A stretch of DNA of 60,280 nt, filler included, from Sphacelaria rigidula (GCA_964200075.2; 5 parts of 5 records of this genome joined end to end with filler, not necessarily neighbours in it), one strand, 5' to 3'; shown: positions 1 through 12,228, counted from the first letter of the whole stretch. The notes: generated from the letters alone by a model not told the origin. Translations and numbers: made by a program.

Positions 1-218
1 CAGATGGGCACATTCCCCTTGGTTAGACGATTAATACTACATGCGGATCACGACCCAACTCGTCTGTGTCGATGAGATACTGCTTTGAGAGCTTAAATCC
101 GTTTTTAGGCTGACCCAGCTCGTAGCATAGGTAGATTTTGGTAAAATAAACAGATTGTCCTCAAAACACAGCGCACAAGCTAGTGTCACTCGGTGTTATC
201 GGACGGTATGAGTGGATA

Positions 219-763
219 CAGTAGTGGGCGGTCTAACTATTCATTTTGAGGCATTTTGTGGTTTCTTCGTAATTGGCGATTTTCTTAAACTCTTTTCGCT
301 TGCCGCCGCTTGTCACATCGGGAATTTGAAGATATTTGTATCCGCTCCATATTCCAAGAAAAAGAAATCATCGCCACTCAATATTAAGTGACTTACGGGC
401 TGACCGGTCATCGGGGGTCCTGCGACGTTTTAGCCCAGATTCTTACTTTTCGGTATTTTCGGTCGTTCGAGCCTGTCCCGATCATGTTTCTAGAAACATG
501 TACAGTTTCATTTTTTTGAGATTTTTGCCTTCTCATTGCACTACAGCCGGAGAACTGTGTTTCACGATCAATAACACCCTCCTGATGAACGGGGTATTTG
601 ATCGTTTCGCCCGATAAACACCAACTAGCACTGACTTGGGCACTTTGTTTCGAAGATGATCTCTTTATTGTACCGAAATCTATAGCAATTTAGAGCTCTA
701 TCAAAGAGTAGAACGCGAGGAATACCCCAAAACCCCGCTAAATAGTTGGACCGCCCACTACTG
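219..763. mobile_element. Tc1/mariner-like MITE
   Basis: TIRs CAGTAGTGGGCGGTC(T/C)AACTATT, TA on both sides; inverted homolog at 48858-49368. Confidence 0.85.
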
Positions 764-1156
764 TACCCCGTTTATCAGGAGGGTATTATCGGCCGCGACC
801 AATAGTTATACGGCTCTAGTGCAACGAATAGGCAGAAGGAAACCAACGCAATCCTGTACATTTTTCCCAAATACGACCGGGACAGGCTCGATCGACAGAA
901 AATGCCGAAGAGTCAGAATCTGGACTGAAAAATGGCAGGACCCCCGATGACCGGTCAGCCCATCACTTCAATCTGAGTACATTTTTTTTCTTGGAATGTG
1001 GACCGGATACAAATATATTGATATCCTCATTGTGATGAGCGTGGGCAAGCAAAAGAAACTAAGAAAATCGCCATTTCCGAGGAAATTACCATTAGTAACA
1101 GTTCAGGCGCCTAGTACGATGTATATGGTATGCTACCGTACGTGAACTGAAATATG

Positions 1157-1689
1157 CAAGGTCATGTTCTGTAAGGTATGGGTACGTTCTGTAGGGTGTG
1201 AGATGCCTTACAGCACGTACAGAACTGTCGGGTACCGGTATGAAAGTCTTGAAGAAATTACCGAACTAGTCGGGCACGGTATGGGAGGCTTACAGGAAAC
1301 CGGTACCGGCAATCGGGTAACTGTTTTGGGGCATACCCGCCTCTCGGGTTTGGGCAAAAGTTTTGCACAGAAGTCACAGAACTGTCGGGTGAGGGTGTGG
1401 GAGGCTTACAAAAGTCACAGAAACTGTCAGGTAGGGTATAGAGGTTGCACAGAAATCGTACCCGCAATCAGGTATCTGATCAGGAGCGTACCCGTGCCTC
1501 CGGTAACGATACGGGAGTCTTACAGAGATTACAGAACCATCGGGTAAGGGTATAAAAGTCTTACAGAGATTACAGAACTGCGTACCGGTATGAAAGTCCT
1601 ACAGAAGTCACAGAAGTGTCGGGTACGGTAAATACCCGGCAAAATACCCCGGGTATACAGAAAAGCGTACCCTACAGAACACAACCTCG
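1157..1689. mobile_element. hAT-like non-autonomous element with internal CAGAA/GGGTA(C)CC repeats
   Basis: TIR CAAGGTCATGTTCTGTAAGGT / ACCCTACAGAACACAACCTCG; near-duplicated flanks tgaaatatg / tgaaaatg. Confidence 0.65.
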
Positions 1690-1778
1690 TGAAAATGGGC
1701 AGTATGTACACCACCGGAATCTATTTACAGTTGCAAATTAACCCTTGCTTTAAAATCAGTCTAAGCTTGTGATGTTTC

Positions 1779-2037
1779 CATGCGTCGGACAGATCATGAT
1801 CTGTCTGAAACAACTAATGAAAGAAGACTCTCGAGTCCGTTGGTCCAAAAACACAAAATATGTGACAGCGGAGTCAGTAATGCCAAAGCGCAACCTTTAC
1901 ACTACTCGGCATGCTCAGCGTCCGGCACCGTAAGGAGCGAACATGGAAAAGTAGGGTCAGATGATACGGATCATGATCCGGATCAGTATACTGGGAAAAA
2001 GTAATTTTCAGACGGATCATGATCTGTCCGACGTGTG
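1779..2037. mobile_element. hAT-type MITE
   Basis: TIR CATGCGTCGGACAGATCATGATC / GATCATGATCTGTCCGACGTGTG; perfect 8-bp TSD GATGTTTC (1771-1778 and 2038-2045); shorter relative near 23976-24052. Confidence 0.85.
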
Positions 2038-2328
2038 GATGTTTCACAAAAAGATGAATCCGTAGTTCTTACCGGGTATTGTTACGGAGGCGTTTCGAGG
2101 CTATTTCTCGAGGATAATGATCATCACAACTGTACACGTAGTTATTGATTTTCACCAACTCTACAGCGAGTGTTGCAGTCGTGTGGAAACCAGCGAGAAC
2201 ACTTGACTACGTTTGATTTGTTTAAGTAGGACCTATGGAGTATGTTTACGGCATGATGCAGGTTGTTTTCTTTTAATGTTATCACGGGCTTTTCGACATA
2301 CCCACTTTTTTCTGTAGCTCATTCTCTC

Positions 2329-2680
2329 GTGTATGTGTGTTGTGTTATCATCCTGTCTACTGTGGACGCCGGTCTACACCGTTCGGTATTGTGAGCGCAT
2401 CAGGCGGGGTTACACAGGAGGAAGGCCTATACAGACGTTTCTTTTCATTTCTTCATTCTTTGTTTTCAGTTCTCCACCTTCCTTCTGCGATGCTTTCTGT
2501 TATTGCTTATCGCGAGATGGGTTGAGCAGTCGTCGACCGGTGTGTACCCACGACATAGCTGCTCTCCACTGTTGGGCATTGCGTGAAAAAAAATCCCGGA
2601 TCGTGTGCGTGCACCGATATTCGAACCCACGACCCAAACGTCAAAATGTTTCGAGGTCACCAACTGAGCCACCGGGGTGA
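2329..2680 (-). mobile_element. tRNA-derived SINE
   Basis: On the minus strand: A box TGGCTCAGTTGG, B box GGTTCGAAT, shared body and CA-rich tail; four copies in the window. Confidence 0.75.
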
Positions 2681-3824
2681 CGGGCTTTCCATGTCTGTGG
2701 TGTCGACAAATGTACGGAAAACCCAGCTTTCATGCCGCGCCAGTTTTCCAGAGTCGTCTTTGAGGTGGAGGGCTCGAAAGTGGCGAGCAAAACGCATTTG
2801 AATTGAGAAGTACTTCACGAGAGGTTTCGTTTGAAATGAGTATCGACCGGAGACAGCGTTACCCCACCGAAGTTGGAAGCAGAAGCGCGCCCCAAGAATT
2901 GCTTTTGCTTGCTCCACTGTACTGCACAGGAGACTTACTGCTAGCGACTGAGCGCTAGAGTACCGTAGATCCTGTAGGACAACACTCACATGCATGTGCA
3001 AAAGGAACTGTGACCCCACTTCTCCCCCCAGAGGACCTTTCGGGCATCAAATCCATGTGGCAGCCCTGAAGCCCCAAGTTGTCGAGACAAAAAAGAAAAA
3101 AAAAGGATGGGACGAAACAAGCGTCCGAAAGCAGCATGTTGATTGGTCGCCGGGCGGGCCTAGGGTTGCACCGACCAGTCAAAATCAACATGCTGCTTTT
3201 GGCCGCCTGCTTAGTTCACACGCTTTTTTTTTTCGGTGTCGATAAAAAAAAAAATCAAGGTAGGGCCTGATAACGTCTGTTTTCTCGAACAGAGCGTTGC
3301 AACTTGTCTAGGTCGTATCGCCGCGTCTCCATTGCTCTACAGGGCAGTTACAACCATTTTTTTCTAACTTATATCTGTTTTTTTTGTGTGTTTTTTGCTT
3401 GGAAGAAGGCATTCTTATGGGGGAAAACTCTCCAGCTTGGAAGAACGCGGGAGAGGGGGTCGGTCGCTGTTTGTATAATATCGTGTGCGACCGCGGAGAT
3501 ATCCTACCCGCGAATGCAGAGTCAATCACACTTTTGCCCAAGGTTTGCGTCTGTAACTGGCAGGTTTCTTTTGTCGGCTCTCCATATCCTCGACACTTTT
3601 GAGCACGCACGGCCGTTTGTTTGCGCTGATATTTCGCGAAAAAACTGAGGAGATCTGGCGAGGCAGAGAACACGAGAGAGCCATGTCATGTCGGCGCAAG
3701 CCGTAGGGGGATGCACTTTCACGACAGCTGATTTTTGACTCCCTTCTCTCTGTGCTTGACCCTCATTTCGTGTTCCCAACCCAAATGTGATGTGTTTTGT
3801 GTGTCATGTGTTTGTCTTTCACAG

Positions 3825-3999
3825 CAACGCATCAAAGAGCTGCAGCAGAAGCGAACGGCCGCCGAAGGAAGCCGCCGAGCTAAGACTGCCGAGAAGCGGA
3901 CCGCGGAAGCGACCTCCAAGCGAGAAAAGAAGCGAAAGGCGGTCAAGGGCAAGAAAAATAAAGCCTCTCGGGACGGAAACGGATCGGCAACAGGTCAGG
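3825..3999 (+). CDS. SURF6: SURF6 internal exon (QRIKELQQKR...GNGSATGQ)
   Basis: Acceptor tttgtctttcacag at 3824; donor G|GTGGGT at 4000 (alternative in-phase donor at 3994); basic coiled-coil-like peptide. Confidence 0.75.
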
Positions 4000-6900
4000 G
4001 TGGGTACTGACGGATATCCCCCGAAAAATTCGCGCTTGGTTACTGATTCCGAGTCTGGTCTGGCGTAGACGTGGTGTGTCCGACTACTACTATAGTGCTA
4101 TGAGAGCCCCCCCTCCCCCCCCAATAAGTGGCTGGTTTGGGGAGGCAAAATCTACACACGTGAACCGAAATGAAAAAAGCCGACCAAAAAGAGCAGCTGG
4201 GAGTTCCGTGCGCCCGTCAGCTCTCGTTCTGCTGTTCGTACTCGTGTTGTGCGTCGGATGGAAGAAGTCTGTTGGTTGACCTTGTTCGCGCGTGAGATAT
4301 GTGAAATTGTCATAGCCGTGTGTGCCCAGGTGGGTAGCGAGAGACGCGCCGCTGGCGTGGCACACGATTGCCGTGTGCATCTGTCTAACAGCTTCACACC
4401 CTGGACAAGAGGTCAAATTTTTATCATCAACGACAATAGGTCACATCGTCATTATCCAGGATGTGGGCAGTTTGCGACGGTGTAGGGATTTTGATCGTGC
4501 AACAATGCCCGTGTTCTACGCTGGGTTATTGTCACATATCCTCGTCTTGCGCAGGTGCGAAGGCGACCGGAGCAGACGCAAAGAAGGCGCTCAAACAGAA
4601 GGCAAACGGTTCGCACGCCCCTGCACTGCCAGCGGAACCAATTTTACCGCCGCTTCCCACTGTGGAAGACGTCGGAGACATGGAGGTGTGTGCCTCTCTT
4701 GCCTCGGATGCAGCTCAGTGGGATGGTGGAAAGTCCGCTTTTTGATGGTATTGTGCAACAGGCTCTCTACAGTCCGACCGCAAGTTCGAATCGTTTCCTG
4801 TGAATTTGGTGTTGTGACTGAGCCATTGTCTCACTGCTTCTCTCTACAAGTGCGAACAAGGTGGACTAAGGTAAGGCCATGTCTTTTCAAATTGTTTTTG
4901 ACTCGAAAACGTACGATGGAATCAAATTTGCTCGTACCTGATACGTCCACTGCATTCATGTTCTCAACCATGTGAGAAAATCAGTAGCGTGGACGAATCA
5001 GAAACGAGCGGATTCGATTCCACCGCACGTTTTCGACACGAAAACAATTTGATACGACACGGCCTAATACGGCCTAACTTCCCTCTCTTGAAGTGAGTTT
5101 ACTGTATCAAGTCATGATCCAAAGATGGCAACTTGTCAGGTCCGAGAGTATACAGGAACCCTCAAGCCACAACGCAAAACTTGTCCGAATTTCTATGTTT
5201 GACTACGAGGTGGGCCAGCCAAGAGTTACTCATGGGGGCTGAAGAGGCTTGCCTGGCTTACTTTTAGGAGTTGGGAGCTGAAAAATTGAGACGAGATTTG
5301 TATCAGTACAAGGGAAGTTGTCGAAGTATCCAAGAAAGATTTGAAAAAAAAAAAACAGGAAGTCGAAACGATTTGAAATTTCTGGGGGGAAATATGTCAT
5401 ATTTTGATGAAAATGAAAACTCTGGTTGCTTCCGTCAAGAATTTTCAACTCTTGTGCTGAGAGTCCCTGTGAAAAACCGTCTTCAAGCTCGTGAGATTGG
5501 ACGGGGCATTGCACTTGTTTTGTAACACCGCTGTACCCCCTCGTCTAACTGGTGGAAGAGGTATTATATAAATAGCACACCCTGGACAAAAGATAACGTT
5601 GTCATAAAGTGTGCTGCGTACAGTACGGAATATATTGTCTATTGCAACAAAGTGGTCGATGCTGTAGACGGCACAATTTTTTTCTCGTGTATTCCGTTGT
5701 CAAGGGTGCAATGGAAAGTAAATGTAGTAAGGCCGCTCCTTATAACAGACAAGAAGAAAAAAAAATGGGAAAGGGCTTTTTTGGAGCGTCTGCGTCGTTT
5801 TACGCCCTAAAAGAGGGGAAGGCAGAGCTTGACACCTTGGAATGACTTTCACAAGGGCGGAGCGTCACGAGTTCGAATACCCGACATATCTCTCTCTTTT
5901 GTTTTTGAAAATATTGTTCCGTTGCTGAGGTATTTATTATGCAGCCCTTTCTCTTTCATGTTTTTTCGTCTTGCAGCAAAGCGAGCATCGACAGGTTGGT
6001 CTGCAGTTCATACCGATATACTCACACGCGGCTGAAAGGAGAAAGTGAAACCCAGCGTGCTCCGTTCCGGTTTTGTAGGGACGGGAGGTCAATGGTCTGA
6101 CGACTATGGCATGCATGATCATGAATACTTCCCCCCCCGCGCGCCCGCCCGTGGATGTAGCGAAAATTTTGAAACTGCGATTTTGGGTGCGGCATGTGTG
6201 GTCAATGGTCGAACGACTAAGGCGAGCAGCAAATGAATACGCTTCCACCCCCCCCTTGCGTGCTGCTCCGTCTCGAAAGGGATGCGTGGTCAATGATCGA
6301 ACGACTAAGGCGAGCAACAAATGAGTACGCCCCCCCCCCCCCTTGCGTGCTGCCTCGTCGCCGCTCGCGACCACCATGACACATCATCATCAGTTCTCCG
6401 GACTGCGAGGTGTTGCTGTTCACAATAAGTCCAGACTTCCTCCGAAGGCCGGCGCGCCAGGTAGCAAGATGCGGCGGCTGCACGGCCTGTTGGCCGCGGC
6501 GGAAGAGAAGAAGCGCCGCTTGGCCGGGCTGCGGCAGTCGGAAGAGGGCAAGGAGAAGGCGAAACAGGAGGTGTGGGGCGATGCTATCAGGGTGGCGAGC
6601 GGGCAGGAGGTGAAGGATAACCCAGCAGCCCTCAAGAAGATGATCAAGAGAAAGGAGAAGGAGAAAGCCAAGAGTGCCGCGCAGTGGGAGGGACGGCTGG
6701 CCGGAGTAAAGAAAGACCAGTCTGCTAGGCAGGCCAAGAGGGAGGATAACCTGAACAAGAGGAAGAAGGGCGGAGATGTTACTGGGCCGGCGGCAGCGGG
6801 CGGGGAGGGTGATGGTGACGGTGGCAAGGTGAGGGAAATTTAGGGGCCGTATGCATGTGTTGACGTATTGAATTTGAAGGGAGCATGTGACCAAAATTCT

Positions 6901-9900
6901 CAGCAGTCATGACCTGGAAACCTCCGAATCGGCCAAAACCGTGGAGGGGGAAGGAGGGAGGGGGGGGGGTGCTACGCATGGCGCTGTCATTTCACGCCAT
7001 ATAGTTATGTTGAGGAGGAAGGCGTTTTATCTCGGCGGTTGCCTGAGCCGTGAGACACGTATTTGGCTTGGTAACAACCGTCGAGAACTCTGTACTTTTC
7101 CTTGAAAAATATTCGATCATGCCCGCGCACTGCCTGGACTGTGAGAACACCCGTATTCGGCTCGAAACATCGGCGGGGGTGGAGGGCGGTATGCGGGAGG
7201 TGAGTATGGCTCCTGTCCGGGGGAGGGAGGGCACCAGCTGTAGGCGGTGAATAACCCCCCGCCTCTCCAAGCTGGGGAAGAGCTCATTGAGTGCTAGGAG
7301 GGGTATACCACTGTTTCGAGGGGGGGAGTGAGGGGGGGGGCGGGCTCCCCTCGGATATCATAGATGATGACAAAAGTAGGTAATATACTTGACATTTAAC
7401 ACAAAACAGTGGGGGTCATAGAGGTTGGCAGCTCCCCGTATCATATTGAATTGGGTGGGATCCCACGGCACGTGTGTACTGACTGTACAGTACAGTACCG
7501 CAGGTGGAATGCTTACGCTGAGGGGCACCTATCGCACCTTCGGCAATTGTGTAGTTTTGGTGGTATATACGGAGATGTGGTGGTGCGGCAGCTGATTCAC
7601 AAATGCCCTGCAGCCTTGTTGCGGCGTGCACCGCGTGACTGAAAAGTCATGATCCAGGGGGCATAAAACCGACGGCCGCTTTCCCCCCCAAAAATGGAGA
7701 TACAACTCCACTCTTTCGAGCGGGTCACGAAGGCGAGCTCAGGCGCTGACGACCTTGCTCAGCTTTGTATCCTGGTGAAGAAACAGGAAGAATAAGTTCC
7801 CGCCAGAGGTTTTCTTCACCCTTGAGAGTCTTGAGGGGGGGGATCGGGGGGGAGATATTTACAGCCGGCAGTTGGTGAGACCCCTTGCTCGAAGGACAAA
7901 AGTGACAACTTCCCCTGTACATACTTTCGAAGTGTACAATCATGTATATGACGGCGTGTCTTGGGACAAGAAGAAATCGATCGAAAAACTCAGGCCGTGA
8001 AATTGATTTTAGTGAAATTTGTGAAACGGTACATGGTCGTTGGTGTACAGTACAGTCTGTACTGTCTGCACTGCTCGCGAGCAGCGTGTCTTGAGTGCGT
8101 TTGCGCGTGTATCGTACAGAAGGGTGTGAAGGAGAAGTGGGTAACGTGCAGTGCAGACAACCCAGGACTATGTGTTCTCTCTGCTTTGTACTGCCTGCAC
8201 TGTCCATGAGCGTGTACGCAACTCAGTTGCCCACTCTACCACGCAGTTCCGTCGCTGATCCTACCATGAAATAAGATGCGCAATTTTTCGCCAATCGAAG
8301 ATGAACGAAGCATATCCATCTACTGCAGTACAGGTGGCGTCACTACTTGCAGCCAATTTCTTGCCTTCCGCACACGTGCAATGATGAATTTCTTGGGGGG
8401 GAGGGGGGTGCATCCTTGCGTGGAGGGGCTGATGTGTCTTCGACCAAATTTCTATTTCCCAAGGCAGCAGTGTCGATGACAGATTTCTTGTCCGCCGAGC
8501 CTCTTGCATCTTTGAAATTATTTTCCTTATTTTCGCTCCGATCTGAGCAAAATATCTTGGCATCAATTCTTAAAATCTAAAAAATCTGAGCCTCGATTTC
8601 TCAACAGGTGATTTCTTCACTGCTGTTGCCACCTGTATATCTACCCCTGTGCTCAACTCGTGCTCTATGCTGCAGGATTACGGTGGTACCTGAGAATAAG
8701 TGGGCGAAGTTGGCATGATTCTGCTAACGGGTGTTGATTGGCGTGGTGGTCTGTAAGATAGGAGTCAAGTGCCCCTTCGTGCCTTTCGGTTGGCGCCATT
8801 TTCATGGTATCAACCATTATTCACAGAGATTTCTTCGAGGTGGCTTCGACCACGCATTCCTTTTGTCTGCATGCAGTCGTTGCATTAGGTATATATTTCA
8901 TGCAGTACACTTTTCGTATATTGCATCTTTCGACCGCATGTTTTCGATCGAAAAATCCTGGCTTCATTGTTGTTCACTTCTTCTGTGTGCGCCACTGATT
9001 ATAAAAACTGAGTTGAAGCCAGCTAAGAACAGAATTGCGCTGGACCTATCAGATCCTTATCTTTTTTTCCCACCGCAACTTTTTCGATCGAAAAAAATGT
9101 GCGAAGACACCACCTGAGACGAATGGTACGTGTATTTCCCAAAAAAAACATGTTTCAATGTCCGAAGAGTTGTGCGGCATTGGTGAACTAGAAGCTCTTC
9201 GTGTGTCTATCGTCTTGTTCTGGCCGGTCGTTCATAATATGCCGATGCGTATTCGAAGCGCTGAGAAATATCAGTGTTGGGTTCGTGATGTTTTTTGTCG
9301 AGGGAAGGACAGTGAGAGATGACCGTGTGGGTTCTGCTACGGACGGCTGTCGTGAAAAGGGTACACCTTGAGGGTTGGTTGTGCCTGTTCCAGACGTGAG
9401 CTTGCACCACCTTTTCCCCATGGTCGTTGAAGTTTCCGCGTTCCATCTGAGAAATGTGCTTGCCGGAGAAGCAGTATTATTGATGTTTCCTTTTTGGAGG
9501 TAATGGTACGAGTAATTCGACCGTCAGATTCATACGTTACGAAGACGCTTGGATGTGTTGCTGCAGTTTAACCCCTGACTATTGAGACAGAGGGGGGATG
9601 ACTGAAAATGCGGTTGTCGACAGTCGGCGACTTCACGGAGGCGATGTCGCCTGCTATGACTGTCAATCGAGGAACGAGTTCAGCTGCGATTTCATCCACA
9701 TGCTTCCGTCACACCACCGACCTACCTGTCGAACCGTTGTTTGGTGTAACCTCTGTGTGACCTTGTTTTTGTTGTATTTGTTCAAACCCGGTCCACCTTC
9801 CCACCCCCTCCGCATCCCTCCTTTTTTGTATGATCGATATCACAGCGTCAAAGACGCGCCGGCTTCGAGGGTAAAAAGCAAGACTTCATCAACAAAGAGA

Positions 9901-10001
9901 AGCCCACCAGATCCTTCGGTCAAGGTGGCGGAAGGGGCGGCGGGAGAGGACGGGGAGGCGGGAGAGGAGGCCGAGGAGGGAGGGGTGGTGGTCGAGGGTA
10001 G
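3825..10001 (+). CDS. SURF6: SURF6/Rrp14-family nucleolar ribosome-biogenesis protein, 5'-partial; exons 3825-3999, 4555-4685, 6394-6828, 9846-10001
   Basis: Four GT-AG-bounded exons join in frame (intron phases 1,0,0). The Lys/Arg-rich product has SURF6 hallmarks: DME|FSGL, W..AI..ASG.EVKDNPAALKKMIKRKEKEKAKSAAQWEGR, ARQAKREDNL..RK and RRAGFEGKK. Stop TAG at 9999-10001. No upstream exon found in this contig. Confidence 0.88.
4555..4685 (+). CDS. SURF6: SURF6 internal exon (GAKATGADAKKALKQK...VEDVGDME)
   Basis: Acceptor ctcgtcttgcgcag; donor GAG|GTGTGT; phases match both neighbouring exons. Confidence 0.75.
4875..5064. mobile_element. PIF/Harbinger (Tourist-like) MITE in a SURF6 intron
   Basis: GGCC(A/G)TGTC termini with long TIRs; 3-bp TSD TAA. 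Confidence 0.8.
6394..6828 (+). CDS. SURF6: SURF6 core-domain exon
   Basis: Acceptor catcag, donor AAG|GTGAGG, 145 codons; encodes the conserved VKDNPAALKKMIKRKEKEKAKSAAQW motif. Confidence 0.9.
7952..9115. mobile_element. Non-autonomous DNA transposon, probably PIF/Harbinger-like; boundaries approximate
   Basis: GGCGTGTCTT / AAGACAC ends with TTTCGATCGAAA subterminal motifs; parts recur at about 22195-22500, 38990-39130, 41378-41560, 43800-44030 and 48308-48626. Confidence 0.55.
9846..10001 (+). CDS. SURF6: SURF6 terminal exon (RQRRAGFEGKKQDFINKEKPTRSFGQGGGRGGGRGRGGGRGGRGGRGGGRG*)
   Basis: Acceptor atatcacag at 9845; RAGFEG motif typical of the SURF6/Rrp14 C-terminus; read in a different frame from ORF 9598..10089. 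Confidence 0.85.
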   Translation, partial: RQRRAGFEGKKQDFINKEKPTRSFGQGGGRGGGRGRGGGRGGRGGRGGGRG

Positions 10002-11075
10002 GATCAGACGACACCGTAGATATTTTGTCCGTCAAGTGATGCTGCAATGGGGGGTGGGTCAAGCTTCCATTTCACGACGGAATCTTTGAGCGTCCTTGCA
10101 GGCAGAAAATTGTACTTGAGTGCTCCCGGCATCAACATCGGACCACACGCTTGTTCATCTCGCCCGAGTACGTATCGACCCACATACAAAGTTCATCACG
10201 AGTGTGCGATGCTGTGCAAAAATCACCGTCGGAGTGCGGTTTTTGGTGCAACCACGTACGAACCCTTCCCCCTCTATTTCGTAAAAGATCTCTCCGTCGT
10301 CTTTGAGTAACTTCAGATGGTGCTGCTCCCTTGGCTCTTCTTCGCAGCAAGAGGTTACCGGTTTTGTTGGCGGCTGAGTTTGTTCCTGCTTTTGCACGCC
10401 ACGAGAGAGTGTTTGTTGTTGCTGTGCTCGCCGCTCTGTTGTATAAGGTGCGATTGCATGATTGGCTCTTTTGGGGGAAGGAGGACGGAGGGGGGGGGGG
10501 AGGGGGTCCAAGCGTGGTGCCTTTCTCACCAATGATGCTGTTGCGACTTGATGTTTTCGTGAGATTGAGAGTAGAGGATACGGTCGAGAGTGAACAGCGG
10601 CCAATTAGTGAATGAATCGTTTCAGTTCCGACATGCCCAACCACGAGGCCCTTCATGCTTTCTGCAGCAGCTTGCCACTGAGTCCCTTGATATTCCCGAG
10701 TAGGATATCGACCTGTAGCTCCAAGCACACGCTAGTGATGAGGGCAAAGAAGAGCACACAGAATGAAGAATTGGCCACGTAAAAGCGGATTATCGTTGCC
10801 ACTCTCAACCCGCGCTCTACTCTCAATCTCACGAAAATGTTGTTGGATGTGTGTGTCAACATTTTTGCTAGTGGGTGGACCGTGTTGTGTCGACAGCCGA
10901 GTGCTTACTGTGAAATATGTTGCTCACGCCGAGTGTTGGTGAGATCGGATCATGTGTTATATTTATGTTTGCATGATTGTCGTCATGGTGTACCATCTGC
11001 TCTGTATTGTACTTGAAAAAAGTGTCCCACGAGCTTGGACAGCAGTAAATCGCGCATTTGTATGTCACACCAGAT

Positions 11076-11403
11076 CACACCCCGGTGGCTCAGTTGGTAA
11101 CCTCGAAACCTTCTGACGGTTGCGTCGTGGGTTCAAATCTCGGAGCGATCTGGGATTCCTTCTCACACCATGCCCAACAGTGGGAAGCGACTATGTCGTG
11201 GGTACACGAAATTCGACTTGACGGTTGACGAGGAAAAGGGACCGCTGAACACCTCTCGCGAAAAAAATTAAAGGAAGGTGGTGCACCAAAAACATATAAA
11301 ATAAAATAAAAGCTCCTGTGTGACCCCTGCCGGTGCGCCCACATATACCGAAAAGTGTAGACCGGCGTCCAGAATAGATGGGATAACAGCACATACATAC
11401 ACA
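11076..11403 (+). mobile_element. tRNA-derived SINE
   Basis: CCCCGGTGGCTCAGTTGG...GGGTTCAAATCTC head, same body, CACATACATACAC tail. Confidence 0.75.
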
Positions 11404-11414
11404 AGGTCTTATGA

Positions 11415-11655
11415 AGGTTACCAAGTTAGCCTGACTTGGGCATATCGCTGTGAACTGCAGACCAACCTGGTAACGCACGGCACCGCCGCTGAAGAAAGAA
11501 AAAAATACTGCGTAATGTATGACGTTACCGACGGAACAAAAAATGGAACATGTCGGGATTCGAACTCGTGATCTCCATAACTGCAGTCTTCCATATCACT
11601 TGGATCGAAGGGGCGCAGCGGTATCACACAAAAAGTGCCCGCCTGGGCCGAATTG
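11415..11655 (-). repeat. Second dispersed repeat with a tRNA-like B box (SINE-like)
   Basis: Reverse-complement homolog at about 16170-16280 plus 16620-16725 (interrupted); fragment near 5960-6030; GTTCGAATCCC motif. Confidence 0.5.
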
Positions 11656-11979
11656 CAGGAAGTTTTGGCAAAATTTGTACCAGGATCTCCTGCACACACG
11701 TATGCACAACAACACAAGTTATGCTAATGTCTTCATTTATCTTGACGGAGTTACACGACCCGGGCCGGTCTAGACGCGAATTCGTGGTTTGCAGACCCCG
11801 TCGACGACACACTCAAATATAGGAGTTGTTGGGCTTTCAAATCGGTACAGAGAAAGAAGAGGGGATAAGAAGGGTCGAGCAGCACATTGTTTTTTAGTGA
11901 GTTAGTGGTAGTAATCAGAATTTAGCTGTATCAGGAACATGCCATTATTTAAAAAAAAAAAAAAAAGCTCGACATATGC

Positions 11980-12079
11980 NNNNNNNNNNNNNNNNNNNNN
12001 NNNNNNNNNNNNNNNNNNNNNNNTTAATTAATTAANNNNNNNNNNNNNNNNNNNNNNNNNNNNNNNNNNNNNNNNNNNN
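11980..12079. other. Artificial contig-join linker (44N-TTAATTAATTAA-44N)
   Basis: Identical 100-nt linker at all four gaps; TTAATTAATTAA gives stops in all six frames. Confidence 0.97.
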
Positions 12080-12228
12080 TTGTGCGCCAGACGGCGGGGC
12101 GGGTGGGCCGCGGGGTCCCCGGGCCAGGTGCGGGGGGGGGGGGGGGGGGGGGGGGTACAAGTGCTGTCACCACCGTGGTACAAAACTAGTTTCAAACTTT
12201 TGACGCCCCGAAAAGACAAACAACTCAC

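Noticed and set aside
336..617. Duplicated small ORF (also 49045-49251) suggesting a gene family
   Set aside because: Both lie inside copies of the same MITE, and the frames diverge in length.
6217..6894. 225-aa minus-strand ORF
   Set aside because: Antisense shadow of the SURF6 core exon.
9598..10089. ORF with acidic EGAAGEDGEAGEEAEE tract
   Set aside because: Wrong frame of the SURF6 terminal exon; the alternative frame gives RAGFEG and matches the splice phase.
10132..11068. Minus-strand ORFs/exon-like pieces as the 3' continuation of the Cys-rich gene
   Set aside because: They lie on a different contig across an artificial linker, have no Cys module and no recognisable product.
11080..11150. 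Genuine tRNA gene
   Set aside because: A/B boxes are present but attached to a repeated SINE body; I could not fold a convincing cloverleaf.
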